Below are positions 19,797-28,738 of a stretch of DNA of 64,000 bases, in pieces (positions within the stretch are counted from its first letter, which is position 1; every line of letters begins with the position of its first letter). Below the pieces are notes generated by a model that worked only from the letters and a program-made list of their open reading frames with translations, had not been told where the DNA came from and made no database searches. This DNA comes from Candidatus Woesearchaeota archaeon (GTDB taxonomy: Archaea > Nanobdellota > Nanobdellia > Woesearchaeales > UBA119): assembly GCA_030156615.1 (NCBI GenBank), contig JASGME010000004.1, positions 2,546-66,545 of the forward strand. The letters are read 5' to 3'. The position numbers and the translations under genes were made by a program.

Positions 19797-20351
19797 TTAT
19801 TCGAGTTCTATTATCTCGTTTCCTTCAAAGTCAATGTAAAATACTTCATTCGGCTCATTAACACTTTCCTTATAGAAAGAAACCTGCCAAATCCAGGCAT
19901 CATCTAAATCGTTGTATGTCGGAGAGATTTTTAGCATATTATATTCATCGTCATAATTAGATTCTGCAAGTTTTATTATCTTTCTAGATGAATCAAAGAC
20001 TTCTTTTGTAATTTCAGGTCCATATTCTTTTAGTTTTTCCTCAAAAAGATCCGAAGAACTAATCTTCTCAAAGCTCTTATTCTCTGTCATCTCTAAGACA
20101 GTGCTTAACTTAACATAACCAATTGTCCAGCCATCTGATGTTTGTGCTTGGGCAGCACATAAAACATTCTCTTGAACGAGACAATTAATCTCAAATTCTA
20201 TCTCTGATTCAGGCATGAAGTAAGCATCTTCCGAAATATTTGTAACGTTAATATTTTCAGGATTCTCTTCTGTCTGAGTACATGAGCTCAAAATCAACAT
20301 TGAGCTGAATACAAAGAATGCCAAAATGTATAAAGATCTCATTTTTTTCAC
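19797..20351 (-). CDS. lipoprotein-like secreted protein
   Basis: Signal peptide with ILSSCTQT site; co-directional with, and immediately downstream of, the large secreted protein. Confidence 0.4.
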   Translation of the reverse strand: MKKMRSLYILAFFVFSSMLILSSCTQTEENPENINVTNISEDAYFMPESEIEFEINCLVQENVLCAAQAQTSDGWTIGYVKLSTVLEMTENKSFEKISSSDLFEEKLKEYGPEITKEVFDSSRKIIKLAESNYDDEYNMLKISPTYNDLDDAWIWQVSFYKESVNEPNEVFYIDFEGNEIIELE

Positions 20352-22559
20352 CTATTCAATTGTTAATTTTAAACTATCTTTCTTTCTGCTATTTTTCTCA
20401 GTGACGCTCAATTCAACATGACCACTTTCGCCTTCAAGAGGTTTTGATATCGCAATATGGAAAGGCTCTGAATCTCCCGGCTTCAATTCCATTCTTGATG
20501 GTGCTATATCAACATATTTCCTAAGATCTCCAGAAACCTCCACAGAGTATTCCTCTCTGGACCTTCCACAATTTGTGACCATCAGCTCTACTATTTGGTT
20601 TGTTTTATTAGTGTTTTTAAAGCTAACCTCTTCTTTATCCAAATCAATATTGAAGCAATAGCATTCCTCCAAAGGAAGTACCTTCAAAATAACAGAGGAA
20701 ATTTTAATATCGCCTGTTTCTGTTGATTCAACCTTAAAAGAACAGAATGCCTCTTTATCAACAGCATTAGGTGCCTTTGCTTTATATCTCAATGTTTTTG
20801 TTTCATCTGGCTCAATAATAATCTCTTCTGCTTCTGCATCAACCCAAGGAGGACACAACGGAGTTATCTTCAAACTATCCTCCCTTGTGCCAGTATTTTT
20901 AATACTGAGCTCGATATCTCTTTCCTCTTCTGCACAGAAATCCAACTCTTTTGGAACACTGACTTCTATTCCATAGCAAGGTTCAATCTTTATTGTTTTA
21001 TTAATAACAACGCTTAGAGATGGATTTGATTGAGATGTAACCTTTATCAGAATATTTTCCTCTGATTTATCACAAGATATATTCAAAGGTATTGGAATAG
21101 TAATTTTCTGACCTGCTTCTAATGGGAATGCACCAATTATCGCAAAATCTGGCTTGATCAAACTAACTATATAACTATCTCCTACTTCGCCTTCATTTTC
21201 TAAATCTAGCTCTAATTTCTCTTCAGAACAACCACAGGCAGTTCTTGGTGCATCTAGTTCAGTATCAAATTCATAACATTCTTCTACTTTCAAAGAGACA
21301 TGAGCTTTATCCTCGCATTTATCAGCTGAAGCAGTTATTATAGTTCTATAACTGCCGGGCTCATCCGGAATTCTTAATCTTGCAAAGAATTCTTTTTCCT
21401 CGTTGTGTTCAAGATAAAGATTGCTCTCTTGCGGATAAAGCCAGGAATCTTGCGATTTGATTGTATAATTAGCTGGAGCCCCTCCATTAAATATTGAAAA
21501 TCTTAAATCTATTTGGCTAAGCTCCCCCTTGCATACTTTAATCTCTTCAGGAGGACTAATCAAAGAGGTGTTGCAACAACTCTCAGCATTAATCAAGAAA
21601 CTTTTTTCTTCAGAAACACCATTCTCTGATTCTATTTTTATAATAACTTTTTGAGAAGAGAGTTCTGGAATAATAATCGCACGGATTTCATCTTCTTCAT
21701 TAGGAGACAACTCTATTTTATCTTCTGAGAAAGATAGGAAATCAGAGGAAATGGTAAAGACATCTTCAATTGTTCCAGTATTCTTGATTTTAAACAATAA
21801 TTCATACTCCTTTCCAATGCAGAGAGATTCTGGCATCTCATCTAAAGCCATTTCTACGCCAGGGCAGGCCTTTGAAACAAGATTTGTCTCGGCTTCTTCT
21901 TTATATTGCTCTAATCCTTCAACAGTTAATGAATACTTAATAGTATAGTTCTTAATTTCAGAAGGAGTAAACCTTATCTTAATCTCCTTCTTTTCCTCAG
22001 GTTTCATCTCAAAATTATAGCTCTCAGACTTTTCAGTTCCATCAATTGAAATCTCCAGTTTAACATTATCTAAATATTTGCCATCGTTTTTAACATAAAT
22101 TGAAGATTCAATTTCCTCGTTAACGCATCCGGAAATCTCTTCTTCTACGGATAACGAAAATTTATGACAATTTTTAACATTGATTTCTATCTCTTGTATA
22201 GCTTCTTCTTCTGCATCATTTGCATCCTGAGCAATCAGCTCAAAAGAATAATCACCTTCTGCAGCATATATCTCTGGCGTAATAAACACAAATACCTCAT
22301 TAGATTCCCCAGGAAGCAATTTGAGGCTATTTGGTGCGACAGATATCCATTCTAAGTTATCCCCTTCTACTCTGATTAAATATTCCCTCTGGGAATTCCC
22401 ATCGTTTTTAAGGAAATATGAAGCAGTCAGCATTTCTCCCTGACAAACAGATAAAGCATCTTCGTTTGCCTCGTAAAAAACAGGTTTTGCATATGCCGCT
22501 GGCAAGAATATCAACAATAAAATCAAAATGAAAATTCCTTTATTCATTATTTTTTCCAT
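20352..22559 (-). CDS. large secreted Cys-rich protein with about 8-10 tandem Ig-like/CARDB-like modules
   Basis: Signal peptide MEKIMNKGIFILILLLIFLPAAYA, then repeated modules of about 70-90 aa with recurring C..GE / Y.IKN.G / LKV patterns; no TM anchor. Confidence 0.5.
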   Translation of the reverse strand: MEKIMNKGIFILILLLIFLPAAYAKPVFYEANEDALSVCQGEMLTASYFLKNDGNSQREYLIRVEGDNLEWISVAPNSLKLLPGESNEVFVFITPEIYAAEGDYSFELIAQDANDAEEEAIQEIEINVKNCHKFSLSVEEEISGCVNEEIESSIYVKNDGKYLDNVKLEISIDGTEKSESYNFEMKPEEKKEIKIRFTPSEIKNYTIKYSLTVEGLEQYKEEAETNLVSKACPGVEMALDEMPESLCIGKEYELLFKIKNTGTIEDVFTISSDFLSFSEDKIELSPNEEDEIRAIIIPELSSQKVIIKIESENGVSEEKSFLINAESCCNTSLISPPEEIKVCKGELSQIDLRFSIFNGGAPANYTIKSQDSWLYPQESNLYLEHNEEKEFFARLRIPDEPGSYRTIITASADKCEDKAHVSLKVEECYEFDTELDAPRTACGCSEEKLELDLENEGEVGDSYIVSLIKPDFAIIGAFPLEAGQKITIPIPLNISCDKSEENILIKVTSQSNPSLSVVINKTIKIEPCYGIEVSVPKELDFCAEEERDIELSIKNTGTREDSLKITPLCPPWVDAEAEEIIIEPDETKTLRYKAKAPNAVDKEAFCSFKVESTETGDIKISSVILKVLPLEECYCFNIDLDKEEVSFKNTNKTNQIVELMVTNCGRSREEYSVEVSGDLRKYVDIAPSRMELKPGDSEPFHIAISKPLEGESGHVELSVTEKNSRKKDSLKLTIE

Positions 22560-22701
22560 TTTCGCACCATCTTCATGATTTTTTATTCTTATTATTTTTA
22601 TATCTAAACCCCTCTCCAGATATTTTTCACTATGTAGTAACTACTATTTAAATTTTGTTGTAAAAGAATAAAAGTGAATCTAATAATAGAAATGAGATAT
22701 A

Positions 22702-22824
22702 TGCCGACTCGGGGCTTTGAACCCCGGACCTCCAGATACCCCAGAGAGCGCATAAGTCATAGCATTTAAGCTCATCACTCATACTTATGAGTCTGACGCT
22801 CTGACCAGGCTGAGCTAAGTCGGC
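22702..22824 (-). tRNA. tRNA-Met (elongator) or tRNA-Ile2, anticodon CAU, with 48-nt intron at 37/38 (intron 22738-22785)
   Basis: Manual fold: acceptor GCCGACT/AGTCGGC, anticodon stem TCAGA/TCTGG, loop CTCATA|A, T-arm CGGGG-TTCAAAG-CCCCG. Intron 5' end TATGAG pairs with anticodon loop CTCATA (BHB-like). Confidence 0.7.
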
Positions 22825-22948
22825 ATAAAATAGTATATGTGAAAAAGAGCGAAAAGTGATTTTTATAAAGCTTTCGTTAAGAACAAATTAAAAGTTATAT
22901 TGAAAAAACTTAAAAAGAACAAGCTGATTATATCTAAAAGGTGATTTT

Positions 22949-23350
22949 ATGGATGAATTTAAAGAACCTGAGTCTGTTGAAGGATTGTTTTATTATACAT
23001 CAAGAATTATTGGAAATGGCAATGTTCTGTGCTGGGTTGAGAATCTTAAATGCCCAAATTGTGGCACAATAATGGGTAAACCAAGAAAAAATGGAAAACC
23101 TGATAGAAGAGCAAAAGAGTACATCTGCCCAAAATGTGGCTACAAAGAACCAAAAAAAGAATACGAATCAAAGCTTGAAGCAAAGATAATCTATAAATGT
23201 CCTGAATGTGGTTTTGAGGGAAAGATAAAGATTCCATTCAAAAGAAAAAGAATTCAAGGAGTTGAAAGCTTAAGATTCTTTTGTGAGAATTGTAAAGCCC
23301 CAATAGATATAACCAAAAAATTTAAGGATAAAAAGAGTAGAAAAGAATAA
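22949..23350 (+). CDS. zinc-ribbon protein (four CxxC pairs)
   Basis: CPNCG...CPKCG...CPECG...CENCK. Confidence 0.5.
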   Translation: MDEFKEPESVEGLFYYTSRIIGNGNVLCWVENLKCPNCGTIMGKPRKNGKPDRRAKEYICPKCGYKEPKKEYESKLEAKIIYKCPECGFEGKIKIPFKRKRIQGVESLRFFCENCKAPIDITKKFKDKKSRKE

Positions 23351-23373
23351 GATATCAAATAATTTATGAGATC

Positions 23374-24975
23374 TTAAGCAGTTTCTTCCTTTTCTTTTGG
23401 TTCAGATAAATTAGCATAAATTACATCATCAATCCTAAGAATCATTATTGCAAGTTCGGTAGCAGATGTTATTGCTTCAGATTTCAGTTGAAAAGGTTCA
23501 ATTATCCCTTCTTTAAAGGCATCTATAATTCGTCCATCAGATTCATCTATTCCCATACGAAAGTTTCCGTTTTTATGCTCAACCTTCAGGTTAGATAAAA
23601 CAGTTAAAGGATCAAGTCCAGCATTTTCTGTTAATGTCCTTGGAATTATTTCTAATGCTTGAGAAAAAGCCTCAACAGCCAATCTTTCCTTTCCAACAAG
23701 CCCCTCTGAATAATTTGAAAGTTTAGTAAGAAGAGCCATCTCGCATGCACCAGCCCCACAAACAACTTTCTTTGTTTTAACAAAAGTAATGAGATCCCCA
23801 ATTGCGTCATCAATTGATCTCTTAACTTCATCAATCCCTTCAATCGTTGAACCTCTTGCAATAATTGTGATAACTTTAGATTCTTTTTTCTCTATAAAAA
23901 CATAATTTTCATCATCAATCTTTTCTTCTCTCACAATATCTGCATTACCTAAATCAGAATCAGATATAGAATCAACAGAAGAAACTATCTTTGCATCAGT
24001 CATTTTGGCTAACTTAAGCATATCTGAATGAGTTACCCTGCGCAGAGCCAAAATTCCCTTTCTTGCTAAGTAATGAGACGCAAGATTGTCTATCCCTTTT
24101 TGACAAAATACAACATTGATGCCATGCGAAGCTATTGCTTCAACCATCTGTTCTATCATTTCGTCTTCCATATCTATGAATTGATGCATCTGCTCAGGAG
24201 TTGTTATTTGTACATTAGCCTGTATCTCAGTTTCTCTAACTTGAATAGGTTCGTCTAAAAGAAGTATCTTTGGATTCTTAATCATCTTAGGCATAGAAGG
24301 ATTAATTTTTTCTTTTTCCAACAAAATCCCATCAAGAATTCTGCTATCCTCAATGCTTCCTCCACTTATTGATCTGATTAATATATCTGAAGGATCAATC
24401 AAAGACTCATCAAAAGAACTATCGCTTATTGCTTTAATAGCTCTAACACAAATATCAGCAAGAATCGCCTTTGCTTGTTCTGTTCCTTTACCAGTCATGG
24501 CTGTTTCAGTTATCTTAATAAGTATTTCATCGTTGATTTTTGGCTTTATTGAGATCTCATCTAAGAATTCCTTCGTTTTATTTAAAGCATTTTTATAGCC
24601 TTTTATTATTGTAGAAGGATGTATATTCATATCCAAAAGCCTTTCTGCATTTGAAAGCAATTCTCCAGTGAGTACTGCTGCAGTTGTTGTTCCATCACCA
24701 ACGCTTCTTTCCTGATTCTTTGATAAATCAGCAATCATCCTTGCAACAGGATGCTCAAGTCTTAGATGAGAAAGAATTTCTGCACCATCGTTTGTTACAA
24801 TAACATTATTATTTTGATCAACAATCATCTTATCCATTCCTTTAGGACCTAGTGTTGTTCTAACAGCTTCTGCAACAAGCTTAGCAGCCATTATATTGTT
24901 TCGTTGGGCTTTCCTGCCAATAACCCTGTAATAATCATCAGACAATAAATTTGATTCCTCATTTTCCTTTGTCAT
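23374..24975 (-). CDS. ths: thermosome subunit (group II chaperonin)
   Basis: [24 protein letters not shown] (GGGA-type) motifs; 533 aa. Confidence 0.92.
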   Translation of the reverse strand: MTKENEESNLLSDDYYRVIGRKAQRNNIMAAKLVAEAVRTTLGPKGMDKMIVDQNNNVIVTNDGAEILSHLRLEHPVARMIADLSKNQERSVGDGTTTAAVLTGELLSNAERLLDMNIHPSTIIKGYKNALNKTKEFLDEISIKPKINDEILIKITETAMTGKGTEQAKAILADICVRAIKAISDSSFDESLIDPSDILIRSISGGSIEDSRILDGILLEKEKINPSMPKMIKNPKILLLDEPIQVRETEIQANVQITTPEQMHQFIDMEDEMIEQMVEAIASHGINVVFCQKGIDNLASHYLARKGILALRRVTHSDMLKLAKMTDAKIVSSVDSISDSDLGNADIVREEKIDDENYVFIEKKESKVITIIARGSTIEGIDEVKRSIDDAIGDLITFVKTKKVVCGAGACEMALLTKLSNYSEGLVGKERLAVEAFSQALEIIPRTLTENAGLDPLTVLSNLKVEHKNGNFRMGIDESDGRIIDAFKEGIIEPFQLKSEAITSATELAIMILRIDDVIYANLSEPKEKEETA

Positions 24976-25040
24976 TTTATTTAGTGTAATTAAACATAAT
25001 ATTTTAATCTTTCCAAAGTATATGAAAAAAAGTTATAATT

Positions 25041-26177
25041 TTATATAGCAGAGAATAATGAAGAGAATATATTAGATATAAAAAAGAATATTAATCTATA
25101 AGCTATTATTGAGAGAGGGCAATAAATAACTACATATCTTAATGTTCCTCTAAAATTACCTCCTCTAATTACAGAGACAAGCATAGAAGCAGTGAAACTT
25201 GAAACAAGTATTGCTCCAATTATAAAAAATTGTACAAGTTGTGGATCAAAAGAGATGTTAAGTTCTCCAAGATTAAGAGGCATATTAACATTCGGGACAC
25301 TACCTACAGCAGAAAAACTTTCAGTCATGCTTCCAAGAACTCCCAACAAGTTGTATGCTATTGAGAACAGCAATGGAATTATAGCAATGACAATAAGTGA
25401 AATAAAGATTGTATATGCTGTAGATGTTGCACGAATTTCATCCTCTAAAACTTTGTTTTTCTCTAAACTGTCAACTATATTATCAACAATGTGAGCCATC
25501 TCGCTACCACTTTTGTTACTTTCTGCCAGCAATGAGAATGTCCTTAGAAGCTCAGCAGAGTTATATTTCTTTGCGAATTCAAACAAAGCAGAAACCAAAT
25601 CCTCACCAACCATTACTCTCTTAGCCATTAGTCTTATTTCAAAACTCAATTCCTTGTATGAAGGATCAATAGAATTCCACAATGCCCTGTCAAGTGTTAA
25701 TCCTGCTTTTAAATTCTGAGACACTTGCCGCAAGAAATCAGGCAATACCTTCTCCATTGATACTGTTCTTTCATATATTCTATATTCAAAAAAAGAATAG
25801 AATGCTATAAAGACGAGTAATAGAGAAACACCTAAAGCAAGAAATAGATAACCAAAAACATTAAGGAAATTAATATAGACTACTTTGTTTGTAATTATAA
25901 GTCCGACTGTTTCAAATAATGTAAGTTCTCTCCCAATATCTGGCAAAACAATCTCTTCAAGATTTGGAACAACTGAAAAGACAACAAAAAGACTTGAGAA
26001 AAGAAGGGCAAGAACTACGATAATTCCAATAAGACTATAAGGAACCTCTTCAATGCCAGCTTTTAATAAGTAATCGCGAAATCTTGGTCTAATCTTGTTT
26101 GGAATAACAACCCTGCCAAGCTCATGAAAGAATGAAAATCCTTTCTCAGGTTCTTCAATCTGTTGTTTTTTCGTCAT
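25041..26177 (-). CDS. type IV pilus/archaellum platform protein, TadC/FlaJ-like (T2SS-F domain)
   Basis: Polytopic membrane protein with cytoplasmic T2SSF-like helical domain; overlaps upstream platform gene by 4 nt. Confidence 0.55.
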   Translation of the reverse strand: MTKKQQIEEPEKGFSFFHELGRVVIPNKIRPRFRDYLLKAGIEEVPYSLIGIIVVLALLFSSLFVVFSVVPNLEEIVLPDIGRELTLFETVGLIITNKVVYINFLNVFGYLFLALGVSLLLVFIAFYSFFEYRIYERTVSMEKVLPDFLRQVSQNLKAGLTLDRALWNSIDPSYKELSFEIRLMAKRVMVGEDLVSALFEFAKKYNSAELLRTFSLLAESNKSGSEMAHIVDNIVDSLEKNKVLEDEIRATSTAYTIFISLIVIAIIPLLFSIAYNLLGVLGSMTESFSAVGSVPNVNMPLNLGELNISFDPQLVQFFIIGAILVSSFTASMLVSVIRGGNFRGTLRYVVIYCPLSIIAYRLIFFFISNIFSSLFSAI

Positions 26178-26989
26178 AGTGACACCGCTGGTTTGGACGA
26201 TTTTGCGTTAAATACAAAGAGGAATTGAAACAGGAACAAAGCTGAAAGGAGAACTAAGAAAAAAACAATGTTTGTTTCAAGTCCCATTATTGACATGATT
26301 ATTATGCCAAGTACCATAGCAAGTGCAGGAAAGACCCCGCCTAAGACTAAGTAAAACATTGTTATTGCATTTAATTTCTTTTCATAACCCTTCAACTCAT
26401 TGAATTGTTCATCTCTAATAGAATCTAAAACCTGTCTTAATGGCTCTGCAACATCTGCTCCTGTTTTTATTGCAGTAAGAATTTGTGTAAGTATCCTTTT
26501 AAACTTATCTGAAGGAGAGGTATCTCTCGCTTCTTCTAATGCCTTTTCTATTGGTACCCCAGACATTATCGTATTAACAATCTCTTTGAATACTCCAGAA
26601 GAAATTCCATAACTATTTGATGCATCAATAAGAGCTTTAAATAAAGGTTCTCCGGATTCAATTTTAATTAAAAGATACCTTCCAGCGTATAAAATCTCTT
26701 GATCATACTTTTTCTTCATTCTAAGAATCATCGCTTTAGGGTAATTCAGGAATACAAAAAAGAAGAATATATATACAATCGGAAACAAAAACAAAAGATA
26801 AATTGGAGTTTCAATCAAACCAAAAGCCAATCCGATTGCTATTGTAATCATAAAAGAAAAGAAAAAAGTCATAGAATATGTTCTCTTTAAGAATTCATCA
26901 AAGCTACCCTTATACTTAGCTGTTTCAAGATCTCTTTTCAGATTAGACTGATCTACAAATGGTGGGACTTTTGTTTTCTTTTTTCTCAT
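26174..26989 (-). CDS. type IV pilus/archaellum platform protein, TadB/FlaJ-like (T2SS-F domain)
   Basis: Second half of a split PilC/FlaJ-type platform protein; TM helices flank a soluble helical domain. Confidence 0.55.
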   Translation of the reverse strand: MRKKKTKVPPFVDQSNLKRDLETAKYKGSFDEFLKRTYSMTFFFSFMITIAIGLAFGLIETPIYLLFLFPIVYIFFFFVFLNYPKAMILRMKKKYDQEILYAGRYLLIKIESGEPLFKALIDASNSYGISSGVFKEIVNTIMSGVPIEKALEEARDTSPSDKFKRILTQILTAIKTGADVAEPLRQVLDSIRDEQFNELKGYEKKLNAITMFYLVLGGVFPALAMVLGIIIMSIMGLETNIVFFLVLLSALFLFQFLFVFNAKSSKPAVSL

Positions 26990-27102
26990 TGTTAAAATTT
27001 TCCCCTTCTTAAAATAATGTTTTTATTTTTTATCGCTTTTTATGATAATACCTTTATGACTTAATATATACTTTTATGGCTTAATATTTTAGATGGCATT
27101 GT

Positions 27103-28710
27103 TTATTCTTGATTATATTTTCTCATATAATAACGGGCAATAATTGAGCCAATCCTGTCAACATCATTTATGTTTTTTGATACCAGCCAGCGAAGAATCT
27201 CTTTCTTAGCTTCTAAATCATCTTCAATCTCAGAATCTGTTAAACCAGTATAAAGAGCGATAGTGTCATATAATCTTCTTGGCTTCTTAATTATGTTCAT
27301 CTCATGCCTTGCTATATTATACTGCATGATAAGATCAGCATTTCCTTCAGAATCAACCTCAGCAAGCTGCAAAGTCATTCTCTCACCAGTTCTCCTGTTT
27401 CTATACTGAACGCATATAAGAGATATTGCTGAAAGCATATGACGAGGCACCTCTATCGGAGGATTGACAAGCCTTCTTACAGTTTCATCAGCATTGTTTG
27501 CATGTAAAGTTGCATAAACTGAATGGCCTGTATGCATAGCCTCAAACAACACTTCTGCCTCTCTTTTTCTTCTTATCTCTCCAACGACGACCCTATCAGG
27601 TCTCATTCTTAAAGAATTAACAACAAGATCAAGCATAGTAACCTCTCCCTTACCTTCTGGATTTGGCAGTCTTGTTTCCAAAGGAATCCAATGAAGATTC
27701 TTTGGAAGAGTAATTTCTCTGGTATCTTCAATAGAGATTATTCTTTGGTTTGCAGGGAAGAAATTTGAGATTACATTAAGCATAGATGTCTTTCCTGAAC
27801 CTGTTCCGCCAGTGATAAGAATTGATAATTCGTTTTCAACAGCCAACCAGAGGAGAGCTGCTGCATCGTATCCAATTGTATTGCTCTTAAGAAAATCTGT
27901 TATTGTCCATGGCTTAGTCGCAAATTTTCTTATTGTTATTGTATTACCAAAAGAAGAAATTGGCTGAAGGGTAGCATTTACTCTGTCTCCGGTTGAGAGA
28001 TGAGCATCCATCAGAGGGCTAAGAACAGTGATCTCTTTTCCAATCTCTCTGCCAATCATTGTTGCGTAATGTCTTATCTTTTCCTCTGATTCAACAAGTA
28101 TATTTGTTTTGAGCCATTTGTGTTTCCTGTGATAAACCCAGACAGGTTCTTTTGAGCTGTTAATTGCAATCTCTTCCAAATTTGGATCTTTAAGAATAAT
28201 ATCAATCTTGCCTAAGCCTACATTTTCAAGAATTAGATGATTCACCAAAACAGCCATTGTTTTATCATCTATATGTGGAAAATGATTCCTGATTAAATTT
28301 TCAATCTCTTCTGAGAATTGATTTTTTATTTCATCAAAGTCAACAGATTTTGATAGATCAATATCACCGATTCTAATCTTTCTTATGAATTCTTCTTTAA
28401 TCTTATCAAGAACTACCTGAGTAATCTGACTGATATTTGCTATTGAGACATTATATTCTGGAACAAAATCTCCTTTCTTAAATATAATTTTTATATTTAC
28501 TAAAAGCCCATTTACATTCAACTGATATGATGAAAGAACTTTGAAAGTTTTTTCTGTAGATTCAGCTTTCTTTGACTCTTTTACAATCTTCTCGTGAGAT
28601 GGCTGAACTTCGGGGACCTTTTCAGCTTCAGGCACACTTTTTAATTTATTCGTTGAGGGAAAATCAATTTTATCTTGAGTATTATTCTTTTTTTTAAAAG
28701 GATTATTCAT
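27103..28710 (-). CDS. type II/IV secretion-family ATPase (archaeal FlaI/ArlI/PilB-like)
   Basis: Walker A ITGGTGSGKTS, Walker B VVVGEIR, His-box; GspE/VirB11 superfamily length. Confidence 0.8.
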   Translation of the reverse strand: MNNPFKKKNNTQDKIDFPSTNKLKSVPEAEKVPEVQPSHEKIVKESKKAESTEKTFKVLSSYQLNVNGLLVNIKIIFKKGDFVPEYNVSIANISQITQVVLDKIKEEFIRKIRIGDIDLSKSVDFDEIKNQFSEEIENLIRNHFPHIDDKTMAVLVNHLILENVGLGKIDIILKDPNLEEIAINSSKEPVWVYHRKHKWLKTNILVESEEKIRHYATMIGREIGKEITVLSPLMDAHLSTGDRVNATLQPISSFGNTITIRKFATKPWTITDFLKSNTIGYDAAALLWLAVENELSILITGGTGSGKTSMLNVISNFFPANQRIISIEDTREITLPKNLHWIPLETRLPNPEGKGEVTMLDLVVNSLRMRPDRVVVGEIRRKREAEVLFEAMHTGHSVYATLHANNADETVRRLVNPPIEVPRHMLSAISLICVQYRNRRTGERMTLQLAEVDSEGNADLIMQYNIARHEMNIIKKPRRLYDTIALYTGLTDSEIEDDLEAKKEILRWLVSKNINDVDRIGSIIARYYMRKYNQE

Positions 28711-28738
28711 CTCTTTTCCCTCCTTTTTTCTTAGTTTT

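Noticed and set aside
22738-22785. C/D box sRNA embedded in the tRNA intron
   Set aside because: A C box (GUGAUGA) is present, but I find no CUGA D box or C'/D' pair within the 48-nt intron. I report it as a motif only, not as an ncRNA feature.
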